The notes: generated by a model not told the origin, from the sequence alone. A DNA stretch of 64,000 nucleotides from Folioceros fuciformis (GCA_049999805.1 JBNGIO010005480.1:1-64000); one strand, 5' to 3'; positions 24,660-37,198 are shown, counted from the first letter of the stretch. Translations and numbers: made by a program.

Positions 24660-26579
24660 GTGATGGGCGGATTGTCCTGGCTCTGCAAATGCCTGCGAGT
24701 GACGAAAGCCAGCAGGCTTGTTCGACTTGCGAGCAATGGACCTCCAGCTGGATTCTCCAACAAGTTTTGGGCAGTTCTAGGCGATGGCAGCTCTGGTCGG
24801 GGTTCTACGACTTTCGAGCATGCACCAATGAGGCCACCCCAGGGCTGGTCTGGCAGAGAGCCCCCTGGTTCTGTGCTCAGTCCGAATATCGAAATGCCAT
24901 CTCCTGGTACTTGGCTTTCTAACACAGGCATGGTCAGGATTATTACAGGGCGGGGCTCAGGTTACTTGGCAGTTCAAGTCAGAAGCTTTGGTGCAGCTGC
25001 TGACAAGGTGGGCAAGCATTACAAGAAGAAGAAGCCCACTACCCCTCGTCAAGCTCTCAAGTACGCTAGGCAGGAAAAGCAGAGGCTAAGACTGAGAAGG
25101 GAGGTGGCTATCAAAAGTGTTTGGAAGACACGTGATTATGTGACCCTTGTGCGAAACATTTTGAAGGAACAAGGCTGGGGAGCCAAAACTATTGAGGACT
25201 TAGAACCCTTGGCAATAGCGCTGAATACCCGCCGGATGCAAATGATCCTGGAACACCAAAAGGATCCTAGAGTGGCACTCAAGTTTTTCTGGTGGGCAGG
25301 TCAACAGGAGGGATGTAAGCCTACTCTCAACTTGTACCAGTACATAATCAAGATGTTGTTGAGCAAGAAAAGGTACCAAGACGTATGGGAGCTGCTGGAG
25401 AGGAAACAGCAGGAAGCTGAGAAGCTTACTAAGCTAGTTTATGCCCCTATTTTGAGGAGCTACGAACGGGTCGAGGATGCCTTGGAGACATATGAGAAGT
25501 TGAAGGACATAGGTTACTTCCCAGATATCGTAGCGTATAACTTCCTCCTGCAAATGCTGGTGAAGGCGAAAGATTACCATAACACTCGCAGGGTGTTCAA
25601 GGAAATGGTTGAGGAAGGTTGCGCTATTGATGCCAAGGCTTACACTACCATGATGCAAGCGCTTGAAGGTCAAAATGACTCGGTGGGGGTTTTTGACACC
25701 TATCAGGAGTTGAGAAAATCAGCCTGCACCCCTTATCTCCCAGCCTATAATATGCAGATTGCTGCTTCTATCAAGCTGGATAGACCGAAGGAAGCGTTCA
25801 AAGTGGTTCAGGAGATGAGAAAGAGGGATCTGTTTCCCAGTGTGTCCAGCTGCACGGCCCTGATTGGTCATTTGAAACGGAGCGGCGAAATGGATGAGGC
25901 CTTCAAACTTTTTGAAGAGATGAAGGTCCAACGCTTAGTTCGTGACATGGATTTGTATTGCACGATCATAACAGGGTTCTGTGACCTAGGGAGAACGGAA
26001 GAAGCACTTCATCTGTTTGAGGGCATGAAAGCCATAGGATGTAAGCCTGGTGTCACTATGTACACCACTCTCATTGACAGGTTCACAAAGGCAGACGCGT
26101 CACATGTCGCATTTAGACTGCTGAGTGAAATGAGGGAAAGAGCGCTTGATGCTGGCGAGGTAACCCTCAGAAATCTGATCAATGGGCTCGCCAGGGCAGG
26201 CTTGGTTGTTGAAGTATTTGCTACACTTCAGCAGATGCAGAAGGCCAATTTCCGTCCTGAGGTCTGCACCTTCAATTTCATTATCGGTTCCGTGGGCAAG
26301 AAAGCTTTTGCTCAGGAAGCTTTGAAATTCTTGAAAGAGGTCAAGAGTGGAAGGGGCTTTCTCCTTGTCGACATCTGCAACCTGATGCTTGAAGCGTTGA
26401 TCTGGTCAGGAGCTGGAGATGAGGCAACTCTAGTCTTCCAAGAAATGCAGGAGCTTGGTTGTGATCCAAATGAAGTGACGCTCAGGCTTTTGAAGGATGC
26501 CAATCGTGCCGTAGACACATCTGGAGTGGCCGGCAACTCTGTTGAGGTCACAGAGGCGAAGGACATTGCTCTGCCCTGA
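24660..26579 (+). CDS. P-class pentatricopeptide repeat protein, probably organelle-targeted, intronless
   Basis: 639-aa ORF with ALKFFWWAGQQEG and tandem 35-aa repeats (PDIVAYNFLL, YCTIITGFCDLGRTEEALHLFEGM, CDPNEVT). Transit-like N-terminus. No E/DYW domain. Confidence 0.95.
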   Translation: MMGGLSWLCKCLRVTKASRLVRLASNGPPAGFSNKFWAVLGDGSSGRGSTTFEHAPMRPPQGWSGREPPGSVLSPNIEMPSPGTWLSNTGMVRIITGRGSGYLAVQVRSFGAAADKVGKHYKKKKPTTPRQALKYARQEKQRLRLRREVAIKSVWKTRDYVTLVRNILKEQGWGAKTIEDLEPLAIALNTRRMQMILEHQKDPRVALKFFWWAGQQEGCKPTLNLYQYIIKMLLSKKRYQDVWELLERKQQEAEKLTKLVYAPILRSYERVEDALETYEKLKDIGYFPDIVAYNFLLQMLVKAKDYHNTRRVFKEMVEEGCAIDAKAYTTMMQALEGQNDSVGVFDTYQELRKSACTPYLPAYNMQIAASIKLDRPKEAFKVVQEMRKRDLFPSVSSCTALIGHLKRSGEMDEAFKLFEEMKVQRLVRDMDLYCTIITGFCDLGRTEEALHLFEGMKAIGCKPGVTMYTTLIDRFTKADASHVAFRLLSEMRERALDAGEVTLRNLINGLARAGLVVEVFATLQQMQKANFRPEVCTFNFIIGSVGKKAFAQEALKFLKEVKSGRGFLLVDICNLMLEALIWSGAGDEATLVFQEMQELGCDPNEVTLRLLKDANRAVDTSGVAGNSVEVTEAKDIALP

Positions 26580-26647
26580 CTTACTGGCAACTGCCTGGAA
26601 CTCTTTCCGCATGTTGGATTGGGCGAGGATGGCGTGCAAACGGAAAT

Positions 26648-26832
26648 GCTCCGTAGAGGGATGCTGAAGGTTGTGTGTAACGCGGAGGGATGCTGGAAGG
26701 TCGTGTGCTCCGCAGCGGGATGCTGGAAGGTCGTGGGCTCCACTGAGGGATGCTGGCAGGTTGTGGGCTCCGCAGAGAGATCATGCAAGGTTGTGGGCTC
26801 CGCAGAGAGATCATGCAAGGTTGTGGGCTCCG
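26648..26832. repeat. 30-bp minisatellite, ~6 copies, downstream of the PPR stop
   Basis: Contiguous units like GCTCCGCAGAGGGATGCTGGAAGGTTGTGG. The last two full units are identical. Confidence 0.92.
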
Positions 26833-27836
26833 ACCGTTCTCATGGTCTCGCGTCACAAGGGTCGGTTCTGGAGACGATTTCAAAATGCAAATCCAGGCTG
26901 GCACGTCAAGTGCTTGGTCTCGGCGAAGGTGAATCGTTGGGCTGGTTCCTTGAGGTGGAAGTACCCCTGCCTGCCAATCTACGATCAATCAGGCGCATGT
27001 GTTTCCACTCCCAATACTTTTGTGGCTTGGGATTGACGGGCCCTGATATGATTCCACCTCTCAATTTTCCAACGACATTGTTGGAATCACAAGCTCCCAA
27101 TGTTCTCTATTGCAGTTTATGTTCCTGGTCATTCGGAACTTCTGTTGGTGCGAATGAGAGAACCCTTTGAGCTGATCCTACCACTAGTTTTGAAAAGCGA
27201 CGCTTCTACGCACAGTACCTTTGCCTTCGCATTACATGTCTAGGATACTGTGCCTTTGCATTACATGTCTAGGTCGTCGCATAGAGGGGACACATCCATT
27301 CCCCTCAAAAAACTATGATCGTCGGTGACCTCAAGAGGAGACGACAAGGACAGCAATGTACAAAGCACGTTGTACCACGTTCGCGAACAGCAACAGGACA
27401 CACAACAGACGACAAACAACCAGATCCGTACGTCCCGTACAAGCGGAGAAGTGGCCATCCTCCAAAACCAGTGCTACACACGCTCCGCAAAACGGGAAGC
27501 TAAGGCATTTCCAAAGAGAACCTCAACAATCTGGACAAGCAAGCGACACAAGGTAAACAAAAGCGGACCATGACGGCAGATTATAACAATAACAAAGTAC
27601 CTATGGCACATGATCAAGCCAAGCACGATACAAGACCTACCAGAAACTATTCGAATTCCATGAACCCCAGGTAGAGGAAGAAAAAGGTCGCAAGTTGCCT
27701 AGACAGTGGCCCGTAATCCCTGCTGCTCGACATAACAATCCGAGTCCAGAACACGCCGTCCGCCAAAAATCAACCCTAATTCGAGAGACCGGTCTGCCAC
27801 AACTATCACCACCCGCACCAGGCGAGCAGAGCTCCT

Positions 27837-28313
27837 TCAATGGCCCCTCACAGCCATGACCTGCTGCATAATGTGTTGCTCCATTTCCTGGTCGATGTAC
27901 CGCTGAAGCTGCTCCTGCATCTGCCGCTCAATTTCCCGATTGACGTGCTCGTTGATCTGTCGGTTGAGCTCCTGGTCAATAAGCTCCTGCAGTTGCTGCG
28001 ACACAGGGTCCGAGTAGTAGCTTCCCATGACGGCGTGGCTCGGCAAGTCTGGCTCCCGGCGAACCGTGTGCCGCACAACCTGCCCTTGCTGCTGCTGTTG
28101 CTGCTGCTGCTGGCTCCGACTCCGGTTCCGCCGCAGCCGGTGCTCCCTCAGCCGCTGGTCCCCTGTCTGATCCGCCTGCAACAGGTCCAGGATCCCCCGA
28201 TTCCCCGCCGGCTCTCGCTCGTCCACAAGGCTCCGCGCCAGACCCTGCATGAGGGCACCGTGCCCACTCCCCGCCGACGCCTTCCGCTCCTCCACCGTTA
28301 CTACCCTGCCCAT
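27837..28313 (-). CDS. Hypothetical Gln-rich/coiled-coil protein (158 aa)
   Basis: ATG-initiated ORF with GC-rich third positions, a polyQ tract and repeated QE..Q.I.Q helical motif. No family recognised. Confidence 0.55.
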   Translation of the reverse strand: MGRVVTVEERKASAGSGHGALMQGLARSLVDEREPAGNRGILDLLQADQTGDQRLREHRLRRNRSRSQQQQQQQQQGQVVRHTVRREPDLPSHAVMGSYYSDPVSQQLQELIDQELNRQINEHVNREIERQMQEQLQRYIDQEMEQHIMQQVMAVRGH

Positions 28314-28837
28314 GTCGTGCGCGCCTCAGGCCCGTCTGCTCACAACGCAATTCCGCCCAGGCCTCTTGCCCGCCGGGCCACGAGTCCCCTCTTGCCTGCG
28401 CTTTCTCAGATTCGGCTTCCCATTAGCCTTCTACTCATCACCTAGCTAGAGACGAGCTACCGAGAAGGTAGGAAGGCGGGTCCGACACCTAATACCAAAT
28501 TGGCAAATGTGAATACTGGTAGGTACGTATGCGGTATGTATATATACTGTATACATGCATATGTATTTATGCGGAAGACCTATGACAAGGACGTGCCACA
28601 ACGGGAGAGATTCGCAGCCTGAGAATCTGGGAATGATAGCAAGCTTGTACATACTGCGACTCTGTTCTGCCACATTACAGCTCCACATTATCCGCATGTT
28701 GCAGCAAACCAGCCCGTGCCGGGAAGTGCGCCGGGGCGTGATGCAGCGGGCGGCACATTCCCGCCTGGGGAGGGCAACGATGACGAGGCTGCGGCGGCTA
28801 TGAGGTGTCTCTGTGTAGGAGACCTGGGATCGGAGCC

Positions 28838-31166
28838 ATGCCGGTGAAGGAGAGGGTAGTCAGGGCACGGCATGGCGCAAGTGTGTGCGGCAGCCACATC
28901 AAGCTGTACCCAGGAGTGCCCCTGCTGGTCATTGCCTCCTGCTTCATCCTCAGTGTGCTGCTTCAGGGCAGGCTCATACCGTCCGAGTTTGTTGTGCGGG
29001 AGGACGGATCGCGCGTCATCGTCTTGCATCCCCGCTCCTCTGCTAATCTGGTGAGGGACGGACGGCGGACCAACGACGCTCCGCTGGTCGCTGATGACGC
29101 CTCTCTGCTGAAAGAGGACTTCACGGCCGCCAGAACTGAGGAGTTCGAGGCTATGAGAGTGTCGGAGCTGGAGCGCATTAAAGCGGAGGCCGAGGCAGAG
29201 GAGGTCTGAGGTTGTCTTTACTGCTTGTTTGACTTGGCGCGTGAGGTGCACTTAAGTCGTGGCTGAGATGGTCTTGTCGTGCTGGTCGTGGTCAGTTCCA
29301 GGAGAGGACAGAGCAGAATCGGAGAAGTTGGGAGGAAGTAAACCGCATGGTCAGAAAATCCGACAAGGAGGAGCTTCATGAGAGGGACGATGGTGAACTT
29401 GAACGTTCTGGTCAGCCGTTATGTATATACGAAATTTATTCAGGGCAATCAGCCTGGCCCTATCTGCATCGAAGCAAACCTCTATATCGAGGTCTCAGTC
29501 TTGTAAGTTTCTTGTGTGCAAGAGTTGGTCTTTTCGGGTCCCTTCGTCTGGCGAGGGTTATCCTCTCAGTCTGGTGAAGCTCGGTCTCACAGATGATCGG
29601 TGGTTGTTACAGTCGACGAAGGGCAGAAGACCTGGAGGGGATGATGTCGATGCATCACTGAGACTTCCGTCTCTGAATGAATCTTATCATCTCGATCTGC
29701 TCTGCGACTATGCTGGCCTCTTTGCAATTGCCCACAGAATCGACCGCGTCCACAAGAATGATTGGATTGGTTTCCAACCCTGGCGAGCAGCTGGCAGAAA
29801 GGCAAGTCAAGTTCAGCTGTGAGGGGAATGGAAGTTGGAGTGCTTGGATGAGTGAAGAAATTCTTGATTTTGCTCGTATCAGTAGGTGAGTCTGAGCCCT
29901 GGAAAGCCAGTAATTGTTCAATTATCTGGTGCATCTGCGGGTTGCTTCGATGTAGTAATCCGTAGTCTGTCTTGGCAAGTGTTCCTTCTGTCATGTAGTT
30001 TGATGTTCTGTATCTGTGTCTTCAACCACGTAAATTTCAAATTTTTCCAGGTTGCACTATCGGAAGCGGCTGAGACCAAAGTAATTGAAAGGTTGACCGA
30101 TGGGGTTGATGGTGACACAGTCTACTTCTGGTCGGAAGCCGGAGCAGAACGTCGTCCCAGTGAGCAAAGGGAACATTATGACTATTGGAAACTTTGCGAC
30201 AGTATGAATGCTGGAAATTGCAGGCAAGTTCTCGTGTTCTCATCTTAAAGCAACAACAACGGGTTCGCCCTCTTTGCCTTGTGTGCCCACGTCCCTCGTG
30301 CTATCTACATGCTCTCTAACTTATGTCATTTTTCCTATGCAGACCCGTGTTTCTTGCAGCATGGAAGCAGATGTATGGATTGCCGGATAGTTGGACAAAA
30401 TTGCCGTCAATGATCTCGGAGAGTAGTAAATGGGCAGGCATGCATTGTTGGGCGATGCCTACCTCCTCTTTTGTAGAGCTTGTGATGTTTGTTAGGTATG
30501 GTATTTGCGTTCTGTAATCGCTGTGTGCAGCTGGCTTCCAAGTTCTGCACTTTCTTCGATGTGAATATCGGCTTACGCTGTGAGTTTGCAGGATGTTCGT
30601 AGATGCTTTGGACGAATTATATTATGCAGCACACCATGACCGTGGTGAATGCCAGTTAGGCGTAACGAAGGTACTTTCTGTGCCTACTAGCAAACAAATT
30701 GTGTACGTGACCGTGAAACTCACTGCTCGGTGTTACGCGTTGTTGTCAGGCTGGGCACTGTTATTGCAATTTGCTTGAAGGAATTGTCAACGTATGGGCG
30801 TATCACAGCGCCAGGAGACTCATGTATGTGAACCCAGAGACAGGGTCCATGCAGGAGGTTCACGAGATGAAATGGCGGCAAGGGCTTCTGTGGGTTCAAT
30901 GGTTCAATCTGACAACGTTGAAGGCAATGGATGAAGACCTTGCGGAATTCGCCGACGTAAATGGTACTTCCAGGAATTGGCTCTGGCCTAAAACTGGGGA
31001 AGTGTTTTGGCAAGGAATGGTTGATAGGGAAAAGCGAGGAAGGCTTCAGGAGAAGATGGACAGGAAACAGAAGAACAAGGACAGGATTACTCGCATGCGT
31101 ACCCGCTACAGACAGAAGGCTGTCGGCCGATACGTAAAGCCACAGCCCGGCGTAGGTTACGTATGA
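28838..31166 (+). CDS. At5g04480 (BUP)/At4g01210-family type II membrane protein retaining only the C-terminal domain (multi-exon)
   Basis: N-terminal TM segment, then ERDDGELERSGQPLCIYEIYSG..AWPYLH, DDVDASLRLP, WIGFQPWRAAGRK, CDSMNAGNCR, HCWAMPTSSFVELVMFVRMFVDALD, VNVWAYHSARR, KAMDEDLAE and WLWPKTGEVFWQG. Confidence 0.88.
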
Positions 31167-31373
31167 TTGCTTGTGGGACAGGCGATCTGCCTATTTCTGG
31201 TGACATCTGGAGGCTAAGTGCGTTATTTAACAAATTCTTTTTGGGTTCCTCGGCGGGGCCCAGCTAGTAACCCTTATGAATTGATTCGGAGAAGGAAAAT
31301 TGCAACGCAACTGAACAGTTAGAATAAATTGGACAGTTTATGAAAATTGGTACGATGAGACTAGTCAGTATTG

Positions 31374-32405
31374 CTATCTGAAGAGTCTGGGCCGATGCCT
31401 CAGAGGGACTTTGTTCTCAAGCTTCAAACGCCTGTAAGCCTCTCGAATATGACAAGGCCGAATGGGACCAGTGTCATTTCTCTCTGTCATCACTGTTCTA
31501 CCTGCAAGTCAAGGCACATCATCAGTAACCAGGAGATAAATGACGAGAAGGCCCTAGGAAAACAAACACACTACGTACCCGTCTCCACAAGTTCTCCAAC
31601 AAACATCTTGGCAATTCCTGACATAACAATCGTCATAGGCACAGAGATTGGACACCCTGCCACGCTCGACAGCAGCTGCGCAACAGCTCAATTCTCAGAT
31701 GGTCACATAGCACGTCCATATTGCAATCCATAAATTGATAGGAAAAGAACAAGGGACTTCACCATGGAACCAGCCAGGGAGAAAGGCAAGCCACATACCC
31801 GCCGCATGTTGGACCGCTGAAACCCAGAACGACGAAAGCATTCATACCGACTCATTTGGTCGGGTGTGAATTTTACCATAACAGCGCTACAAAGTTGGAA
31901 AACAAGGATTAGCAGCAGGAGGAAGCAACGAAGACAAAATAGGGCCAAGCAATCTGGCGAGGCACCGGTGGACATCTTCGAGCTCTTACCTTATCTTGCT
32001 TCTCTCTGTCGCCATATGCTTTGTCACATCGACGTCCACGGGCTCCTCTTCCCCATCCTCCTCCTCCTCCATTCTCAACCCTTTTCCTCCTGAAGTCTGC
32101 GACACTGGAGCTAGCTCTCCTTCGTCATCGCTGTTCAAAGGGCTAGAAGGTTTTGCCTCCTTCTTACCCTTGCCCTTGTTCGCAACTGCCTTGCTCGCCA
32201 CTCCTCCGCCTCCTGCACCACCTGAGGGTCCTTCGTCCCATCCTCCTTCTGAACCCCCAGCTGACATCTGCGACAGAGACGCTGTTGGAGAGTCTAACTC
32301 CCCTCCAAACTGGTCCAACGAACTCCTGGACGCGGATTTGGTGAGTTTTCTCTTCTTCGGCTGCACTTCATCATCATTATCGTCCTGTCCATCGACATTC
32401 CTCAT
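31374..32405 (-). CDS. TAF11: TFIID subunit 11 (multi-exon; start codon tentative)
   Basis: Acidic N-terminus, then FTPDQMSRYECFRRSGFQRSNMRR, MTIVMSGIAKMFVGELVET and GPIRPCHIREAYRRLKLE. Confidence 0.93.
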
Positions 32406-32918
32406 GTTGCTATGAGCCGACGCAGCCACGAACGACAAAATTCCTCACTCCCCGCCTTCACCTCCTCTAATCAGCACCCGTGATCATTCCTCGCCAACGT
32501 TGATCGTCAACGGAAACCGATACCGGCGCGTCTTGTTGTGCATCCCATCTGCCCCCCGTGCTGATGTTCTGAGACCAACGGGGAAAATCTCAACAAATAC
32601 CAGACGTGCTGCAATTTTTTTATCATCTTCTCATACATACATACCCCACAATCATATATACACATATACTGTAAATTGTTTCTCGCCACGGGCTTCTCGT
32701 GAATGGCCACGAAACATAAGTCCCAGTGGTTTGATTGTCCAGCAACTGCCAGTCGCAAGCTGGTGGTGTAGGCGCAGTCGGGCTAGGCAGGCAGACGTTC
32801 TACGAAGGCAGTCTCATCCTTCCGATATTGTGCTGGGTGGCGAGATCGAGTACTGGGCTGTGACGAGCTTGTTGGGGAGCTGAAAGAGTGAAAGAGTGTG
32901 TGGGTTGGGCTCGGGGCT

Positions 32919-34683
32919 ATGGCGACAAAAAAGCCCGGTGTTTTGGTCCTATTTGACGTTGATGGCACCCTCACTTTGCCGCGAAAGGTCTGTGTCTGAA
33001 CAAGCTTGTACTGTTATGTTGCACATTCTCCAAGATCCAATCTGCGATCAGGGCCTGGGTAGCGGGTTGATGCACATTGGATGTATTTGGTTTAGTCTCT
33101 TGGAACGGATCCTATCCGCCGTAAGTTCTGATTCGTGCGTGTGGTTGCTTGATTGTGATAGGAAGCTACGGTTGCCATGCTGCAGTTTCTGCAGGACCTA
33201 AGAAAGGTACCAACATTTCCTTGAAGGGCAGAGCTGCGGCTGGATGATGTGGATTGTATTCCAGACTTACATCTAGCTTTTTTTGTTCCTTAGGTGGTCA
33301 AAGTTGGAGTGGTGGGTGGTTCTGATCTTGTCAAGATATCGGAGCAGCTAGGCCAAAATGGTAAATGGGTCGTTCTTACAGTGGCAATTTTTCCTGTTTG
33401 TTAGCCCCTGAGTCCATTCTGTTCTATTCTACAGCCGTGAAGGAGTATGACTACTTCTTTTCCGAGAACGGGCTTATTGCACACAAGGATGGGCGGTCTA
33501 TTGGCAATCAGGTCCCAAAAGAATAATGTTTTGCCTTTTGATTGATCTCGCATAAGGATGTCTATCCACCCTTCACACCGTGAAGTTGTTGTATTCTTCT
33601 TTCATGCTAACAGAGTCTAAAGAGCCATCTTGGCAACGATGCACTGAAGGTAATTGCAGTGTTGGAATTATGCATTTGCCTTTGTGTGTGATGAACCGTT
33701 TGTGCTGATGGCACTAGCCTTTGTCTGCAGAGTTTCATCAACTTCACCTTACATTATATCGCTGACTTGGATATCCCCATAAAGCGGTACGTTTGAGCAC
33801 CAGGAGCAACTTCAGGATACTCTTTTTCTGTGTGCTTTGGGCAATTTGTGGATTCCTGGAACTAGGACATGCCAAAGCCTTGTTTCCGTCTTGCTAACAT
33901 CTTGTTACTTGTTCAGTGGTACATTTATTGAGTTCAGGAAAGGGATGATCAACGTGTCGCCTATCGGCAGGAATTGCTCACAAGAAGAGCGAGATGAGTT
34001 TGAGCGTTATGATAAGGTCAGTTTGAAAACATGCACGGGTTGCGTAACAGTGAACTGTGATAGTTGCTGTGGCAGTTGATGGTCTATCAAATGTGTTCTA
34101 GATTCACAATATCCGCGGAAAAATGGTTGAGACACTAAAAGAGGAGTTTGCGCATTTGAATCTGACGTTCTCCATAGGTGGCCAGATTAGCTTTGATGTA
34201 AGTACTGTACCTCTTCTGGTGCATCTGCAGTTCTTGCCTCTGTTTTCTGCCCCGTCTAGTCAGAAGACTAACTCTGCTAGGTCATCTTCCAGGTCTTCCC
34301 TCGTGGGTGGGACAAAACCTTTTGTCTTCAGTTTGTGGAGAAAGAGTTTGAAGAGATCCACTTCTTCGGGGATAAGACGTACAAGGTTTTCGTTATAACT
34401 TGTCTGACTTGAGAGTTTAAGTTTCATCTCATAGTCATGGTCTCTGCCGAGCGAGCATGTGCGTAACAGAAGTTCTTTTCTTTCAGGGAGGAAACGACTA
34501 TGAAATTTTCTCGTCCAGCAAGACTATTGGTCATACGGGTGGGTTTGAGAATCCTTTAACTCTTGAGATTCAGAGAACAGAAAATGGAAAATGTAGCTCA
34601 ACATGAGGTTTTCCGTTTGGCGCTGTTTTGCAGTGACGGGTCCGGAAGATACAAGGAAGCAGTGCACTGAGCTTTTCTTTTAG
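32919..34683 (+). CDS. PMM: Phosphomannomutase (HAD family, multi-exon)
   Basis: [67 protein letters not shown] and [17 protein letters not shown]. Confidence 0.97.
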
Positions 34684-35813
34684 GACGCTTTGTGATCACA
34701 GCTCTGAGGTTTGGGGGGTTGAGACTTACATCAACTCCTAACCCTTTGCAAGCAGTAGGGATAACTACATCTTCCCTCCAGGCGGAGATGTTGAACCATG
34801 ATTGAGACCAGTAGACATCTAGAGACAATTGTAGGGGATTAACAAACGGCAAAAGCATGCTGCTGTAGGAAACTGATTTCAGATTTATGCCACAATGTAA
34901 CATGGCAAACTGAAGTTTGCAGTGGTTAACTCATGTGGGCCCAACGCCAAGGGAGCATCCGCAAGAAGCTTCAGGCTGCCTCAGAGCCTGCATGTTGTCA
35001 CCAAAGCAGGGTTTAGCATTGCTTAGCAGGAACACGTATTCACCGGTAACCTACAGCACAAAGCTCTACCAAAGATGAACAGACGCCATGCATAAGACTG
35101 TCCTTGAGTCTTCACATCATTCACTGGCTCAGGGAAACCCTTAACCTGAAACCCCAATTATGCTCATCACATGAGACCCCCCGAGTACTCCGCAACGTTC
35201 CCCTGCAAATTTGGCTCAGCGCAGACCCCTGCAGGCCACAAGAACCAGAGTTATCCGCTCTTTTCGTCCTGTACTATTATTAGTAGCCAAATGCTAGAGC
35301 CTTCTGGACATCCAACAGGCAAGAGAGCGTTCGGCCACCGCAGAGAACCTGTTGGACCTGTTGATCATCCAAAGAAAACCCTGCCATTCAAGCTGAGAAG
35401 ACCATCGCACAAGGCTTACCGCCGCGTTTAAGTCGTCTCCTCCCCAACAGTTGCATTATCTTCGGCCTACTGTTTTGTCCACCTGAAGCACAAACGTTTC
35501 TGGTCTTGCGGATACGCACCTGGAACCACACTAGCGGCCCAGGGCGGTGTCCCCGTGGCTAACTGGGACAACGTATCAAGCTACACTGTGCCTAAGGCAA
35601 CAATGTCTACTGGAAAGCTTAAACCTTCACAAAAATTGACCAAATCCCACCCCGTCGGCAAAATCTTGACCTGTACATCCAGTATCCCACCTCGTACTTG
35701 CCCTTACTTCTAAACCGAGACAGCAGCAATTGCTAACCCGGCAGTTCTGTGTGATCAGGTGCTACACTACTCGCTGCTCTGCAGTTTGAAGTCTGTTCCT
35801 GCACAATCAAGGA

Positions 35814-36759
35814 CTAGCACAACCCATGGACAACTTCCTCAAGGGGTTGCAAGTCCTGTCGAAGCCCTTCCGGGCCAGCGATGGAGGAGTCTGGGTAATT
35901 TGTTCCTCGCTGCCGCTCGGACAGCTCCTTTTCCATCCAGTCACTAATGCTGTGAATGGTAAGACCAGTTTGCGCCAGCTGCTCCCGCCGGTCTAAGGCC
36001 ATGAGGGAAAACCTTTTCTTTTTGGCGCTGGAATCCTTTGGGAGCCAAGCCTTTGGGGAGCACACAAGGAAGGCGAAGTTGCCCCAGGAATCGAATCCTG
36101 CAGAACCCGGCACCCAGAACTCTTTTCCCTTCACTTGGAATTGTACAGTTTTCTCATCGCTGTGAGGAGCTACCACTTTTCCCTGTCCCACCGTCACAGG
36201 GTCATTCTGTTCGTCTCTCCTGGAATGGCCTAGGATGTAAACCTTGTGTCCTGCTTTGAAAGAGCTTCCATAGGCCCGGTTTGTGTCCATGGGGAGCGGG
36301 GACAGGTCGTTAGGAACTTCCTCACAGGCCACAAGCGTCAGGTCGTGCTCAGCATCCGTGATGAAGAGTCTGTGCGCAGATCCAAGAACCTTTCATGAAT
36401 GACAAGGCTCCCAAAGCACAGTCTGAGAGAAACCTCAAAGCACGAATAACGTATTGTAATCACCGCCCTTCATTTCTGGATGCTGACCTCTTAGGATTTA
36501 GCTTCCGTCTGATGATCAACTCATTTTGCTTGAAGCTGACCTCTGCGTCGAAGGCAATCGATATCTCCGGCAATGTCACGTGTGACGTGAGTACTAGGCA
36601 TCTGTGCAATAAAACGACTGTGGCCTGTCCGTGAGAGCTCTTCACCCCGGGCCCTGACAACGTACCAATTGCCGGCTCCAAGTCCTTCACATACGACGCG
36701 ACATTGAACACAGCTTTGCCTGCTCTCCGGAAGCACATACAACTCGGCTGCTTCGCCAT
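35814..36759 (-). CDS. Plant trypsin-like-fold protein, likely catalytically inactive (3' end uncertain)
   Basis: LLHRCLVLTSH..LP, intron, LFITDAEHDLTLVA, VYILGH, VTVGQGKVV and WVPGSAGFDSWGNFAFLVC resemble a conserved uncharacterised land-plant family. Further exons below 35814 are possible. Confidence 0.75.
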
Positions 36760-37198
36760 TCCAAGCGCCCAAAAGGCCCAAATTGCTACATATGGTGGGA
36801 GCAACGCGTGCTGGAAGATAAGGAATCGAAACCACCAGGCTGTCTACGAGCAGTTGCAGGAGCGAGAATCAAACTGGACCGGACAACAGCTTGCAAAAAC
36901 AAAGTTTCCAGATTCTTGGAAGACAGCCGTCAGTGCCCTGGCATCCATCTCATCGTGCGCACATTCTGGCACTGCCCGATGCGCATTCAATGGAATTTGC
37001 CACCCAGCAGATGAAAGCACAGAGGAGGAATCGGTAGTCTGCCATTTCCCGCTAACGGGAGATGTCGAAGAGCATGTCGTTACAAGACTCCTCAAAATCG
37101 CGGGTGGATAATGGGACCACGTGTTCACCGCCCTGTCTATCATTTCAATACAAGGAGCGAGTCTCAAGCCAGCTCGGTGGGCTTTACTAGTGTGGGCT

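Noticed and set aside
26648-26832. CRISPR-like periodicity
   Set aside because: Units are contiguous with no unique spacers, there are no cas genes, and the context is eukaryotic.
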